A DNA stretch of 64,000 nt from Pontiella sp. (GTDB lineage: Bacteria > Verrucomicrobiota > Kiritimatiellia > Kiritimatiellales > Pontiellaceae), in contig JBNKHE010000005.1 in NCBI GenBank assembly GCA_050290185.1, forward strand, positions 64,001 to 128,000. The letters are read 5' to 3'. Below are positions 9,549-19,922 of the stretch, one piece after another; position 1 is the stretch's first letter, and each line of letters opens with the position of its first letter. Made by a program: the position numbers and the translations under genes. The notes beneath the pieces are model-generated. The model saw only the letters and a program-made list of their open reading frames with translations. It was not told where the DNA came from and made no database searches.

Positions 9549-10553
9549 ATGAAAACCATCTGGATTGTAAGTGAAGGAAGCCCGGGACATGTGAGTCAGT
9601 CGCTCGGCTTGGCCGAAGGCCTTTCCGAACTGGAACCGATTCAGACAGTGACCGTAAACGGCCGGGTCAGAATTCGGGGTTGGCTTCGGCCTCTGGTGCG
9701 CCGCCTGATGGGGCCGACTGGCCGGCCGCTATCCGATACGCTGTTGCGATGGGTTGCAAAGGTCGAAATTCCAGAGAACAGTCCTGCGCCGGATCTCATA
9801 ATTTCCAGTGGTGGAAAAAGTGTCTTTGCGGCGCGCACGTTGGCGAGTCGCTACGATGTGCCCTATGTCTACATCGGTGAACGCAAACCTTTCCCCGCCG
9901 AATGGTTCCATACGGTGATCAGCCCCGTTCAGCGAGAATCATGTGCTAATTCGATTGATGTTGAACTGATTCCCACGCCGGTGACGCCGGAGATGATCAA
10001 ACAGAAGGGGGAGGTCGAACCCGGTATTTGGTGCATGGTGATCGGCGGGGCGTCGCGCAGTCACCGGTTTGCTGAATCCGACTGGGTCGAATTGGCCGAA
10101 GGGATGAACGCTCTGGCTGCGCGCGAAAATATCCGTTGGTTGATGACCACCTCACGCCGAACCGGGGACGCCGCCGAATCGGTGTTAAAGAAGCATCTCG
10201 ACCCCGATATACTTAAGGACGCCATCTGGTGGGCGGAGCAACCGCGCAAGGAGCTCTACACCTTCATGGCACGTTCCGAGGTGCTGTTCGTTACGCAGGA
10301 CAGCGTGACCATGGTAACTGAAACGGTTTCCGTGGGTAAGCCCGTAATCACGGTCTTTCCAAGCAATGTGGCATTCCCTACCGACAGTTTCATGCAAGCC
10401 TATCTGAATCGTCTGGAAGCGAATGGGCGCATTGTCCGGGTGGAGGCAGGAACCTTGGAAGACGCAGATATCGGAGCAATGGAATTCAAATGCATGCAGG
10501 GCGATCTATTGTCGTCCATATCCAAGGAGCTGTGCCAACGCATCGGTTGGTGA
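9549..10553 (+). CDS. ELM1/GtrOC1 family putative glycosyltransferase
   Basis: SEGSPGHVSQSLGLAE, IGG, TTSRRT, VTQDSVTMVTE motifs. Confidence 0.8.
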   Translation: MKTIWIVSEGSPGHVSQSLGLAEGLSELEPIQTVTVNGRVRIRGWLRPLVRRLMGPTGRPLSDTLLRWVAKVEIPENSPAPDLIISSGGKSVFAARTLASRYDVPYVYIGERKPFPAEWFHTVISPVQRESCANSIDVELIPTPVTPEMIKQKGEVEPGIWCMVIGGASRSHRFAESDWVELAEGMNALAARENIRWLMTTSRRTGDAAESVLKKHLDPDILKDAIWWAEQPRKELYTFMARSEVLFVTQDSVTMVTETVSVGKPVITVFPSNVAFPTDSFMQAYLNRLEANGRIVRVEAGTLEDADIGAMEFKCMQGDLLSSISKELCQRIGW

Positions 10554-10579
10554 GTGGCGCAACCATTTAGTGGACCCTC

Positions 10580-11185
10580 TTACTTTTCTGAGCGTCCGAT
10601 TATGCGTCTTCTATATTTTCTGGATCTGCGGCGCAGGATTTTCCATTTTCGGTTTCCGGCCTTGTTGACATGAGGAAAATCGATTTTGGGAATGTCGCAG
10701 CCGAGAAAGGGACACAGCTTTTCCCATCCGTCTCCGTTGGAAAAGTCCATGATCAGAAAATCATTGGGGCGATCCTTGAAGTATTCCACGACCTCCTTGT
10801 TGTGGTCATTGTACCGTTTGAGGTAGATCTTTTCATTCCCCTCCAGACACCCGATGCCATAAATCCATTTCCGCATCGGTGTTTCCTTGAGTCCGAAATG
10901 CTTAACTTGGCTCTTGATCAATGATTCCGGGGTTCGCATGGTTCATAATGAACTTACTGCCGGGATACTCTGCAATCAGTTCCTTGTAGATAATAGGCCA
11001 TGGATTGTCTTGGAAGGCATCTTATTCTTCGCCAGTTCATAGGCCATGGGACGCACGTTGGTTGCAATATCTGGATCATGCCTGCCCGCTGCTCCGGCGA
11101 CCCGATAGCCCAATGTCTTCAATGCAAGCGCCAGGCTTGATGTTCCGGTCTTATGGAATCCTATGCAGAATACTTTTTGTTTCAT
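10580..11185 (-). pseudogene. Sulfotransferase family gene disrupted by two frameshifts
   Basis: AAGGAG RBS and ATG 11185; KVFCIGFHKTGTSSL P-loop; middle DAFQDNPWPIIYKEL...PGSKFI in another frame; C-terminal GDGWEKLCPFLG..FPHVN; in-frame TGA at 10976-10978. Confidence 0.8.
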
Positions 11186-11383
11186 CGTTCTCCTTGCATC
11201 GCGTGTTCGCCGGGCCATTGATCGCTGGAGAGCCATTTCTGAGGCGACTGTGGTACATGTTTTGTTTGGCCTCGACATACTTCATGGTTATATTATTAAG
11301 CATTTGTGGAATTCAACGTTCACATATACCTCGTTGATTTGAGCCCGCGTTGAAGAAACAAAGCTTTTATTGGGAGAACTACA

Positions 11384-12190
11384 TTGGGAATACGACGGAA
11401 ACTACTTCGTGAAGAGAAGCCAATACGAAATACCTGGGGCTATATCAAGGGACGGATGGCCCACCACAAGGTGGATGCGCCGCCTGTTTTTGTGCTGGGA
11501 TGCGGGCATAGTGGAACGTCGATCATGCTGCGCTTGCTGGGCGCCCACAGCAGAATTTATGGCGTATCCTATGAGAGCCGGATCTTCTTCCGGTCCAAGT
11601 TCCAGCGGCGCCTGGCATTCTGGCTTTGGAACCGGAATGCCGTTGCACGCGGAAAACACCGGTGGGTTGAAAAGACCCCTATGCACGTGCAGGTGATTGA
11701 CCGGATCTTCGAGCGTTTTCCCAATGCCAGAATCATTTTTGTCGTGCGGGACGGCCGTGACGCCGTGGTTTCGATGCGCAAACGGTACGGCAATTACGAG
11801 CGAGGCCTGAAACGCTGGCTGGATGACAACCGGGATGGGTTGAAATGGATCAACGATGACCGGGTCATGATGCTGAAGTACGAGGATCTGGTGCGAAACT
11901 ATGAAGAATTCATGCCGCGCGTTTGCGAGTTTATCGGCGAGGAGTTCGAAGAGGACATGCTTTCCTTCCACGAGCAGCCTGCCTATGTTTTCTCGAAAGA
12001 ACTGAGCCATCCCGGTTCCCGGGCTGGAAGAGATCATCAGCAATTCCGCAACTGGCAGATCAACCAGAAACTATTCGATGGTTCCGGAACGTGGAAAAAG
12101 GATATGACCGAGGAGGAAAAAGTCCTCTTCAAGGAGCAGGCTTCGGATCTGCTGATGCAGTTTGGATATGCTGATAACAGCGATTGGTAG
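11384..12190 (+). CDS. Sulfotransferase (Sulfotransfer_3-like)
   Basis: VFVLGCGHSGTS (5'-PSB), WVEKTP, VRDGRDAVVS (3'-PB), KYEDLV. Confidence 0.88.
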   Translation: MGIRRKLLREEKPIRNTWGYIKGRMAHHKVDAPPVFVLGCGHSGTSIMLRLLGAHSRIYGVSYESRIFFRSKFQRRLAFWLWNRNAVARGKHRWVEKTPMHVQVIDRIFERFPNARIIFVVRDGRDAVVSMRKRYGNYERGLKRWLDDNRDGLKWINDDRVMMLKYEDLVRNYEEFMPRVCEFIGEEFEEDMLSFHEQPAYVFSKELSHPGSRAGRDHQQFRNWQINQKLFDGSGTWKKDMTEEEKVLFKEQASDLLMQFGYADNSDW

Positions 12191-12242
12191 AGTCTGTATG
12201 CGATTGCATCGAGTCGGAACAGGACTTTTGGGATAGGAGATT

Positions 12243-13028
12243 ATGACTCAGCAAGTAACGAAAAACCGGAAGGGGCTTCGGAAGTTCATCTATAAAGTAC
12301 GCCATTTCCGGTCGGGCAAGCTGTACAAGACCTGTCGCCGAAACTGGGCACGGTTGCGTGGACGGCCGGTTGTCCACTTCCTGCATGTGCGCAAGGCGGG
12401 CGGATCGGCCATAAAAACGGCGTTGGTCCCGCATGCGAAAACCGGCCCCTTCCTTGTTGAATGCCACCCTCATCGCATAGCGATCAACGATATTCCCGTC
12501 GGTGAAAAGGTATTTTTCGTGGTCCGCGATCCGGTCAAACGCTTTGTGAGCGGGTTCAATTCACGACTCAACCAAGGAGCGCCTGCGCACAGTGTGCCGT
12601 GGAGCAAGACCGAGGCCGAAGTCTTTGAACGCTTCCAGACCCCGAACGAACTTGCGCTGGCCCTGGCCAGCGATGATCCGGGGCTTCGTGCGCAAGCCAA
12701 CCAGGCGATGCAGTCGATAAGCCATGTGCGTTCGTCCTACTGGGATTGGTTTGTCGATGAAGAAACGCTGCGCCGCCGGGCGGACGATGTGCTCTGCGTG
12801 ATGAGGCAGAAAAACCTGAATGAAGATTTCAAGCAGTTGGTTGCAAAGCTTCAGCTTCCGGATTCGTTGGACCTGTCCGCCGATCCCATGACCAGCAACC
12901 GTAGCCCCCGGTCCATGAGCCAGGGTCTTGATCCAACTGCGGAGAAGGCGGTTCGGGAATACTATGCCCGCGATTATGCCTTCCTGACGCTTTGCCGCAA
13001 ACTGTTCGGGCTCGAAGGGGATGTATAG
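12243..13028 (+). CDS. Sulfotransferase family 2 domain protein
   Basis: FLHVRKAGGSAI, VRDPVKRFVSGF, terminal YYARDY. Confidence 0.82.
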   Translation: MTQQVTKNRKGLRKFIYKVRHFRSGKLYKTCRRNWARLRGRPVVHFLHVRKAGGSAIKTALVPHAKTGPFLVECHPHRIAINDIPVGEKVFFVVRDPVKRFVSGFNSRLNQGAPAHSVPWSKTEAEVFERFQTPNELALALASDDPGLRAQANQAMQSISHVRSSYWDWFVDEETLRRRADDVLCVMRQKNLNEDFKQLVAKLQLPDSLDLSADPMTSNRSPRSMSQGLDPTAEKAVREYYARDYAFLTLCRKLFGLEGDV

Positions 13029-13052
13029 CGTAGGGGTCGGTCCGGTTGGGCT

Positions 13053-13895
13053 CTACGACTTGCCGCCTTTGGTCTGTAGTAGATAAATCCAACGCCGGAT
13101 GATCCTTGGCGGCGCTTTTACCAGCTCGAGAAACAAGTATTTATACGCGGCTAGTTTCCCGGGGCGTAGCCGGATCACGTGCCAGTGCTTCGAGAAGGTG
13201 TAGCGGATATCCGCTAGGGTCATTGGGCGCTTGATCGCCTTTGTGATGCCGCCTTCCATATAGCGCTTTTGGATCGAATTATGCGGGAATGCCCAGATTT
13301 TTGTCCGTTGAGCGATATCCGTAAAAAAAGGCCAGCGGTGCGATGCGCGAAAACGTCCGTCAAAGCGCAGATCTTTCAAAATCCATGCCGCGATCAAGCG
13401 ACCCTTGTCGCCGCGAAACTTTCCATAGATGTAGTCATCGACGTAGTCGAGCTCGCCTTCTTTCGTGATCGTTGTGCTGGATTTCTTTTTATCCCCGAAG
13501 TTGTTGGACATGAACCAGCCGTAATCCGGATGCTCCCGCATCTTTTCAACGGCGGCCTCGAAAAAGTCCGGCGCATAGATGTCGTCGTCGTCCATGATGG
13601 CAATGAAGTCGATGTCGTCTTCCTGGGCCAGCAGGTCCAAACCTGTGTTGCACGCCTGATTCACACCGCCATTCACTTCGCGCCGCACAAAGCGAACGCG
13701 GGGATCGTCCGCATAGCGCTGTTCAACTTCGGTGTAGTCAACGGTTGAGACATCGTTCACTACCACGACCCGCCAGTGGGGATAGGTTTGTTCTTGTAGG
13801 GAGGTCAACGCCTCTACCAGCAGATCGGGGCGGTTGTAGCTCGGAAGAACTACCGCGATCTGATACTGCTTCTGCGTCGGATCAGTATTCATCAT
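13053..13895 (-). CDS. Glycosyltransferase family 2
   Basis: VVLPSYNR, VVVNDVSTVD, NGGVNQACNTG, IMDDDD. Confidence 0.9.
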   Translation of the reverse strand: MMNTDPTQKQYQIAVVLPSYNRPDLLVEALTSLQEQTYPHWRVVVVNDVSTVDYTEVEQRYADDPRVRFVRREVNGGVNQACNTGLDLLAQEDDIDFIAIMDDDDIYAPDFFEAAVEKMREHPDYGWFMSNNFGDKKKSSTTITKEGELDYVDDYIYGKFRGDKGRLIAAWILKDLRFDGRFRASHRWPFFTDIAQRTKIWAFPHNSIQKRYMEGGITKAIKRPMTLADIRYTFSKHWHVIRLRPGKLAAYKYLFLELVKAPPRIIRRWIYLLQTKGGKS

Positions 13896-13950
13896 TTTAC
13901 TTTGGTAAACGTGCCCATGCACTCTCCAGGGGATGGTAGACCTTTATCTG

Positions 13951-14706
13951 CTAATCTTCCTTCCAGATGTCTTCGAGCCACGGGGTGGGGCGGACATGCT
14001 TGTAAAGCTTCTTCCACGCCTTGGGGGTCGGCCATTCGCCGGCAATGACATCCTCGAGGTCGGGTTTTCCGGTAAAGGCAACGGCTTTGACCTGCTTGGC
14101 CGGAGGTTTCGGCACGACAAAAAAGTTTAACGGCCACTTGGGGATTAACGATTGCTTAAAGCCCATGCACCATTCGATCGGGTACATGGCGAATTCGCCA
14201 AGTGTGCGGCTGCAGAAGGTTTGGCTGTTGACATACTTTTCCAGCATGCCGAGTGGATCGGCGCTGAAGCGGTCCCAAATCTTGGTCAATGCGCCGATTT
14301 CATAGCGGAAGACCGACATGTTGCCGATGCCGGCACCGGGCTGGGTCCAGTTTTCGGCAACGATGTAAGGCTCATCCGGTTTATAGTCAAAAAAGTCATC
14401 AATGGATCCCGTCAGAATCAGATCGAGGTCGAGGTGCAGCACTTTGCCTTTCAGGTCGTAGAGCGATTCCTGAAATAGAAACATGCGGCGGAAACCTTTG
14501 AACCGGAAGGTTTCAGGAAGATCGAAAGGAGGCATGGGTCGCGTTTCAACTTCGGAGCGGAGGCCTGTGGTGTCGTCGGTGATGCAGACAAATCGCAACT
14601 CGCGCGATGTATTGCGGCGCACCATGGAATAGAGCCGATTCACATATTCCGGGCCGTAGCGTTCGCCCCATTTCAGGCATATAACCGTTGCTGGTTGTTG
14701 GCTCAT
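13951..14706 (-). CDS. Putative glycosyltransferase, paralog of 7842..8669
   Basis: VICLKWGERYGPEYVNRL, HLDLDL, AENW, SVFR, FTGKP. Confidence 0.7.
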   Translation of the reverse strand: MSQQPATVICLKWGERYGPEYVNRLYSMVRRNTSRELRFVCITDDTTGLRSEVETRPMPPFDLPETFRFKGFRRMFLFQESLYDLKGKVLHLDLDLILTGSIDDFFDYKPDEPYIVAENWTQPGAGIGNMSVFRYEIGALTKIWDRFSADPLGMLEKYVNSQTFCSRTLGEFAMYPIEWCMGFKQSLIPKWPLNFFVVPKPPAKQVKAVAFTGKPDLEDVIAGEWPTPKAWKKLYKHVRPTPWLEDIWKED

Positions 14707-14756
14707 TTAAATCCCCTTGTTCTAATGGATGGTTCCCGGTCGGCTTGCATCCCGTT

Positions 14757-15866
14757 TTAAGTTACGCTGGGATTGACGAGCCGCTCGTAGACACCGATTG
14801 TCTTGTCGACCATTTGATCCAGCAGGAAACGGCTGAGAACATAGTCGCGCAGACCGGTGGATTCAATGTCTTTTTGCCGACGAAGCGCGGTCGCCAGCTC
14901 GTTCGGATTTCCGGGAGAGACCAGAAACCCTGTTTGTCCTTCCTCGATGATATCGAGGGCTCCGCCGTGCCGTGTTGCGATGATGGGCGTATTCATGGCC
15001 ATTGCTTCGATCATGGTGCGGCCAAAGCTTTCCGGCTTCTTTGAACAAGAGATCAGGACATCGGATAGTGCATAGATTTCGGGCATGCGGCTATGGCTGC
15101 CGGCAAAAACCATGCATTTCTCTACGTGAAGTTCCTTGATGAGTGCCTGAAGCCGTTCGTAGTAGGCCTGCTTATCGTGCCGCACCCCTCCGACGATGAG
15201 TCCGCAAATATGCGGTATGTCGCGTGCGCAATCGGCGACGGCGCGGATAAGTGTTTCATAGTCCTTCAACTCGGTAATTCGCCCGACGGCAGTTACGACG
15301 TATTTGTCGTTCAGGTTGTATTCATCGCTGAACGATTCCATCCATTCGTGATCCAGCTGGCCGGGATCGAACTCATTGGGGTCTATGCCGCGATGCACCA
15401 CTGTGATCTTTTCATCAGGGGTGCCGTAGTGGGTCTGAATGTACTCCTTCAACGGGTGGCTGACACAAATGATGGTATCTCCCTTGGTCATGACGGCGCT
15501 GTATTTGCTGACGCTGTTGAAACCATGCACGGTTGTTACGAACGGGAGTTTCAGCGTCTTATTGGCGAACCAGCAGAGCCACGCGGGTATCCGGCTGCGG
15601 ACGTGGAGGATGCTCGGTGCCGGCCGCATGGAGCATAGCGCACGGCGCAGGGCGAGAGCGCGAAAGGGAAAGGAGAATGGATTCTTGGAGCAAACGTCGA
15701 GGGTGATATGCCGGCCGCCATCCTTTTCGATCTGTGCAACCTGGGTACCTCCAGCGGAAATAACGGTCGATGTGTGGCCGCGGAGAACCAGCTCCCGGCT
15801 AAATTCCACGGTGCCGCGTTCGACGCCGCCCTGATTAAGTTCAGGTAGTATTTGAACAATGTGCAT
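14757..15866 (-). CDS. Glycosyltransferase family 4
   Basis: PELNQGGVERGT, TTVHG, PESFGRTMIEAMA. Confidence 0.92.
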   Translation of the reverse strand: MHIVQILPELNQGGVERGTVEFSRELVLRGHTSTVISAGGTQVAQIEKDGGRHITLDVCSKNPFSFPFRALALRRALCSMRPAPSILHVRSRIPAWLCWFANKTLKLPFVTTVHGFNSVSKYSAVMTKGDTIICVSHPLKEYIQTHYGTPDEKITVVHRGIDPNEFDPGQLDHEWMESFSDEYNLNDKYVVTAVGRITELKDYETLIRAVADCARDIPHICGLIVGGVRHDKQAYYERLQALIKELHVEKCMVFAGSHSRMPEIYALSDVLISCSKKPESFGRTMIEAMAMNTPIIATRHGGALDIIEEGQTGFLVSPGNPNELATALRRQKDIESTGLRDYVLSRFLLDQMVDKTIGVYERLVNPSVT

Positions 15867-16020
15867 GGGAGAAAAAGTACCAGTTTAAAGTTTGGGGTTA
15901 GAAGTCTGTAGTTGGGATTTCCTTCGTCATGGAAGTCGGGCCAGGTCGAAAAGTCCTGCGCAAATCCCTCACCCGCTTTTTTGCTTTTCGTTCGGGGTGG
16001 GTTTAGTGGACTATGCCCCG

Positions 16021-17817
16021 ATGACTTCAGACAAAAATAAATCCGCTTCCATTGCGGAGGTCTACAGGCGGCTGGGGCCGTATATCCGTCCGTATTGGAT
16101 ACGGTTGGCACTTGGCGTTGTTTGCGGACTGTTCTACGGCGCCGCAACCTTCGGGTTGCTGGCGGCTCTTCGCTTTGCCCTGGGTGGCGTTACCGGTGAC
16201 AGCTTGAACTTTTCCTCAATGACCGAGGCGGAAGGGAATGCCGGGGAACTCAGCATGCAACGGCTGATTTTTACGGTTTCGTTTCTTCCCCTGGTTGCCC
16301 TGGCGCAGGGGCTTCTTTTCTTCCTAGGAAAATTTCTGGTCGAATGGGTGGGCAACCGGGTGGTTGCCGATCTGCGGAAACGGATGTTTGAACATATCCA
16401 CGCCCTGCCGATGCAGTTTTTTTCCAGCAACCGGGTTGGGGATCTCATTTCGCGGGTGACGAGCGATACGAGCCTGCTGACCCAACTGGTATCCAATGTG
16501 GTTGGGGATCTGATCCGCGAGCCGTTTACCCTGATCGGCTGTATCGCCTTCATGATTACATTGGACTGGCGTCTGTCGATTATTGCCCTCGTTGTACTAC
16601 CGCTGTGCATCCTTCCGGTTACCGTATTCGGGAGACGTATTCGGAAGGCATCGAAAAAAGGCCAGCGCGGTACCGGCGATATGCTTTCCGTTGTGCAGGA
16701 ATCCGTCGGAGGAGCCCTGGTGGTGAAGGCTTTCCAGATGGAAGCGGAGGAGGTGTCGCGCTTCAAGCAGTTCAATGAAAAGGTATTCAAGATGCAGGTG
16801 CGCCAGTCGCGCGCCCGGTCCATGATGGATCCGGTCATGGTATTTCTCTCGGCGATCGGTCTATCCGGTGTGGTTCTGTTTTCCCATAAGTATAATATTC
16901 CCCTCACGGACTTGCTGGTGTTCGGAGGCGCCATGGTTTCCATGTACAAGCCGGCGAAAAAGCTGAGCCAGATCCATATGCGTATCCAAAAGGGTACGCC
17001 GGGGGTCGAACGTATTTTCGAGGTGCTCGACGAAACCAATACGATTGACGACAAAGCCGATGCCATCCCGTTTGAAGGCCTGGTGGATTCCGTTGAATTT
17101 CGTGATGTGTCCTTCGCTTATGACCAGAAAATGATTCTGGATGGCATCGATCTAAACGTCCGTTCCGGCCAATGTGTTGCCTTTGTCGGCAGTTCCGGTG
17201 CCGGGAAAACCACGCTGGTAAACCTGATTCCGCGCTTCTTCGATGTGACGGATGGACGGGTCAAGATCAATGGCCGCGATGTACGCAACTATACCTTGCA
17301 CTCGTTGCGGGCACAGATTGCCGTCGTGACCCAGCAAACCGTGTTGTTCAACCGCAGTGTGGCGGAAAACATTGCCTATGGATCTCTGGAAGCAACCCGG
17401 GAGCAGATTGAACAGGCCGCCCGTCGTGCCAACGCCCACAAGTTCATCATGGAACTGGATAACGGCTACGATACGGTCATCGGCGAGCGAGGTTCGCTGC
17501 TGTCGGGCGGCATGGCCCAGCGTATGGCGATCGCCCGTGCGTTGCTGAAGAATCCGCCGATTCTGATTCTTGATGAAGCGACCAGTGCCCTCGATACCGA
17601 ATCCGAACGGCTCGTGCAGGGCGCGCTCGACGAGCTGATGAAAGACCGCACCGTATTCGTCATCGCGCACCGGCTTTCCACCATTGCCCATGCCGACTCC
17701 ATCGTCGTGCTCGACAAGGGAAAGATCATCGAGCAGGGCACCCACGCCGAACTGCTCGCCAAGGGCGGGAAATACAAATACCTTTATGACATCCAGTTTT
17801 CGGATGCAGAGGGGTGA
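16021..17817 (+). CDS. msbA: ABC exporter permease/ATPase, MsbA-like lipid A flippase
   Basis: N-terminal TMD; Walker A GSSGAGKT, LSGG signature, ILILDEATSALD, IAHRLST; LPS locus context. Confidence 0.8.
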   Translation: MTSDKNKSASIAEVYRRLGPYIRPYWIRLALGVVCGLFYGAATFGLLAALRFALGGVTGDSLNFSSMTEAEGNAGELSMQRLIFTVSFLPLVALAQGLLFFLGKFLVEWVGNRVVADLRKRMFEHIHALPMQFFSSNRVGDLISRVTSDTSLLTQLVSNVVGDLIREPFTLIGCIAFMITLDWRLSIIALVVLPLCILPVTVFGRRIRKASKKGQRGTGDMLSVVQESVGGALVVKAFQMEAEEVSRFKQFNEKVFKMQVRQSRARSMMDPVMVFLSAIGLSGVVLFSHKYNIPLTDLLVFGGAMVSMYKPAKKLSQIHMRIQKGTPGVERIFEVLDETNTIDDKADAIPFEGLVDSVEFRDVSFAYDQKMILDGIDLNVRSGQCVAFVGSSGAGKTTLVNLIPRFFDVTDGRVKINGRDVRNYTLHSLRAQIAVVTQQTVLFNRSVAENIAYGSLEATREQIEQAARRANAHKFIMELDNGYDTVIGERGSLLSGGMAQRMAIARALLKNPPILILDEATSALDTESERLVQGALDELMKDRTVFVIAHRLSTIAHADSIVVLDKGKIIEQGTHAELLAKGGKYKYLYDIQFSDAEG

Positions 17818-17882
17818 GATCGCGATTTGCCCATATATAGCCGAGATCCATGACCTTGATCCACCGTTGTCAATGCGAGCGG

Positions 17883-19193
17883 TTACACCTTGATGTTGAG
17901 GCGCGGTAAGTAGAGGCGGCGGCGGGCGGTTTCGCCGGGCAGCAGATTCAGCTTGCGCCATGGCAGCTCGGTGCGGTCGTTGGCGGGTACATCGGCAATA
18001 CCGAGCGATGCGCCTGAAAAAACCGTATGCTTTCCGAAGTGCGCATTGATTTCATCGATCGTCTTGGCCAGCCGCTCATACTTCTCGATCTTCAGCCGGT
18101 CGTCGAACAAATCGAACTGGACGCTTTCGGCGGTTTCAAGGCGGGTGAGCCAGATCTGGGTGGTGCGGTATTCCATGCCCGGACGGAACAGTTTTTCGAA
18201 CAGCTCCTGCACGACCGGCAGCACCTCTTGCGTGGAGTCGGTGGCGCGGTTGAGCCGTGCGCCGAAACCGAATTGCTGGTAGTCCTTGAAGCGCAAAGCT
18301 ACGTAAATCTCCTTCGAGCGCTGCTTGTGACGGCGCAACCGGATAAAGGCCGATTCCACGTTGCGCACTAGCTTGGCGTAGACGAAGGTCTTATCGGACG
18401 AGGGCGTTGTGAAGGTCTTGCCCTTGCCAATGGAGACGTTGGCCGGCTTGGGGTGGGGCGTGACGGGCAGGAGGTTGACGCCGCGCAGCTCGTGCCAGAT
18501 TTCCTTCCCCGGTTTGCCGAGCAGTTTGTGCGCCCATTTTTCGGGGCGCTGGACAAAGTCCCACGCCGTCTGCAGGCCATGCTTGCGCAGCAGCTCAAAG
18601 GTGTTGGGGCCGAATCCCCAGACTTCGTTTAACGGGATGCGTTGCAGAAAGAGGTGGATATGCTTGCCTCGAACTGCGGTGATGCCCTCCGGCTTACGGT
18701 AGTCGGACGCAATCTTGCACAGTCCCTTGGAGAGGCTCAGCCCGACCGATACGGTCAGGTCGAGTTCCTTGTGAATATCGGACTGGATGCGGGCGGCGAT
18801 GTCGGGGTAGGACATGTGGTGCAGGCGGCGCAGGCCGGTGATGTCGGCGAAGCCTTCATCGATCGAATATTCCTCCACGACGGGGGTGTAGCGCCGCATA
18901 ATCTCGAACATGCGCTTGGAATAGATGCTGTAGCTTTCGTAGTCGCTCGGCAACACCACCAGATCGGGACACTTTTTGCGTGCCTCCCACAAGCCGAGCC
19001 CGCGCTTGATGCCCTGCGCCTTCGCCTCGTAGCTCGCGCAGGCAATAATCCCGCGCTCCTTGCCGCTCACCACCGGCCGTCCCTTCAGCGACGGATGCAT
19101 CGCCTGCTCAACCGACGTAAAAAACGCGTCGCCGTCCACATGCAGAATTGCCTGAGGAAACGAACGCTGCATAATGGGCTGTTCCTGTTTCAT
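17883..19193 (-). CDS. dinB: Y-family DNA polymerase (DinB/UmuC-like)
   Basis: ILHVDGDAFFTSVE, ASYEAK, YSIDEGF, KIASDYRKPEG; C-terminal QFDLF clamp-binding motif. Confidence 0.88.
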   Translation of the reverse strand: MKQEQPIMQRSFPQAILHVDGDAFFTSVEQAMHPSLKGRPVVSGKERGIIACASYEAKAQGIKRGLGLWEARKKCPDLVVLPSDYESYSIYSKRMFEIMRRYTPVVEEYSIDEGFADITGLRRLHHMSYPDIAARIQSDIHKELDLTVSVGLSLSKGLCKIASDYRKPEGITAVRGKHIHLFLQRIPLNEVWGFGPNTFELLRKHGLQTAWDFVQRPEKWAHKLLGKPGKEIWHELRGVNLLPVTPHPKPANVSIGKGKTFTTPSSDKTFVYAKLVRNVESAFIRLRRHKQRSKEIYVALRFKDYQQFGFGARLNRATDSTQEVLPVVQELFEKLFRPGMEYRTTQIWLTRLETAESVQFDLFDDRLKIEKYERLAKTIDEINAHFGKHTVFSGASLGIADVPANDRTELPWRKLNLLPGETARRRLYLPRLNIKV

Positions 19194-19204
19194 GATTGAT
19201 TGGA

Positions 19205-19325
19205 CTCACACAAAGCCGCAAAGCTTTGTATTACTACCCCTAGACTCCTTCGTGCCGTGGTGCCTTTGTGTGAGAATATTCGGCTGTCCGGGGTTGTTTT
19301 CGTGTTCTTCGTTTCTTCGTGGTTA
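19205..19325. repeat. Intergenic inverted repeat with ~9-nt periodic degenerate repeats
   Basis: CTCACACAAAG (19205-19215) and CTTTGTGTGAG (19264-19274); TTCGTGTTC TTCGTTTCT TCGTGGTT tract. Confidence 0.5.
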
Positions 19326-19328
19326 ACC

Positions 19329-19922
19329 CTAATCGCGGCCGTATTTCCGGACGACGGCGCGGACGATGCCTCCGATGCTCAGGGAACGCTCGGGGCGTAT
19401 GCGGGTATATTTCGCGTTGGCAGGGTCGAGATAGACGCCGGTTTTGTCCTTTCCGAAATATTTCATCGTCCATTCTCCGTCGATCTGGGCGATGACAATG
19501 TCGTTCTGCTTCGGCGCGCCGCCTTTTTCCACGAGAACAAGGTCGCCGGGCTGGATGCCGGCTTCGATCATGGAGTCTCCGCTGACGGTCAGCAGATAAG
19601 TCGCCTCCGGGCGGCGCACGAGATACTGGTCGAGATTGATGGTGTCGACCAGCTCCTCCTCGGCGGGTGAGGGGAATCCCGCCTGAACTGCGCCGAGCAG
19701 CTTGATTGCGCCGGTGATTTTCTTGGTCAGCACCACGCTGCCGTTGCTGTTCCGTTCAAGGTAGCCCAGTTCGACCAGCTTGTTGACGGGACCGTAGACG
19801 GCGTTTTTCGACTTGTAGCCGAACAGCTTCGCCATTTCGGCATAGCTCGGCGCGCGGCCCTCCTCCTGATGGAAGGCCCGTAGCTGCTCGATCTTTTCAG
19901 TGATATTTATTTTCTTAGGCAA
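19329..19922 (-). CDS. lexA: LexA-family repressor with UmuD-like S24 peptidase domain
   Basis: N-terminal wHTH (PSYAEMAKLFGYKSKNAV...LVELGYL); AG cleavage site in QAGFPSPAEE; Ser in GDSM; Lys in WTMK; TTG start with GGAG RBS. Confidence 0.85.
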   Translation of the reverse strand: MPKKINITEKIEQLRAFHQEEGRAPSYAEMAKLFGYKSKNAVYGPVNKLVELGYLERNSNGSVVLTKKITGAIKLLGAVQAGFPSPAEEELVDTINLDQYLVRRPEATYLLTVSGDSMIEAGIQPGDLVLVEKGGAPKQNDIVIAQIDGEWTMKYFGKDKTGVYLDPANAKYTRIRPERSLSIGGIVRAVVRKYGRD

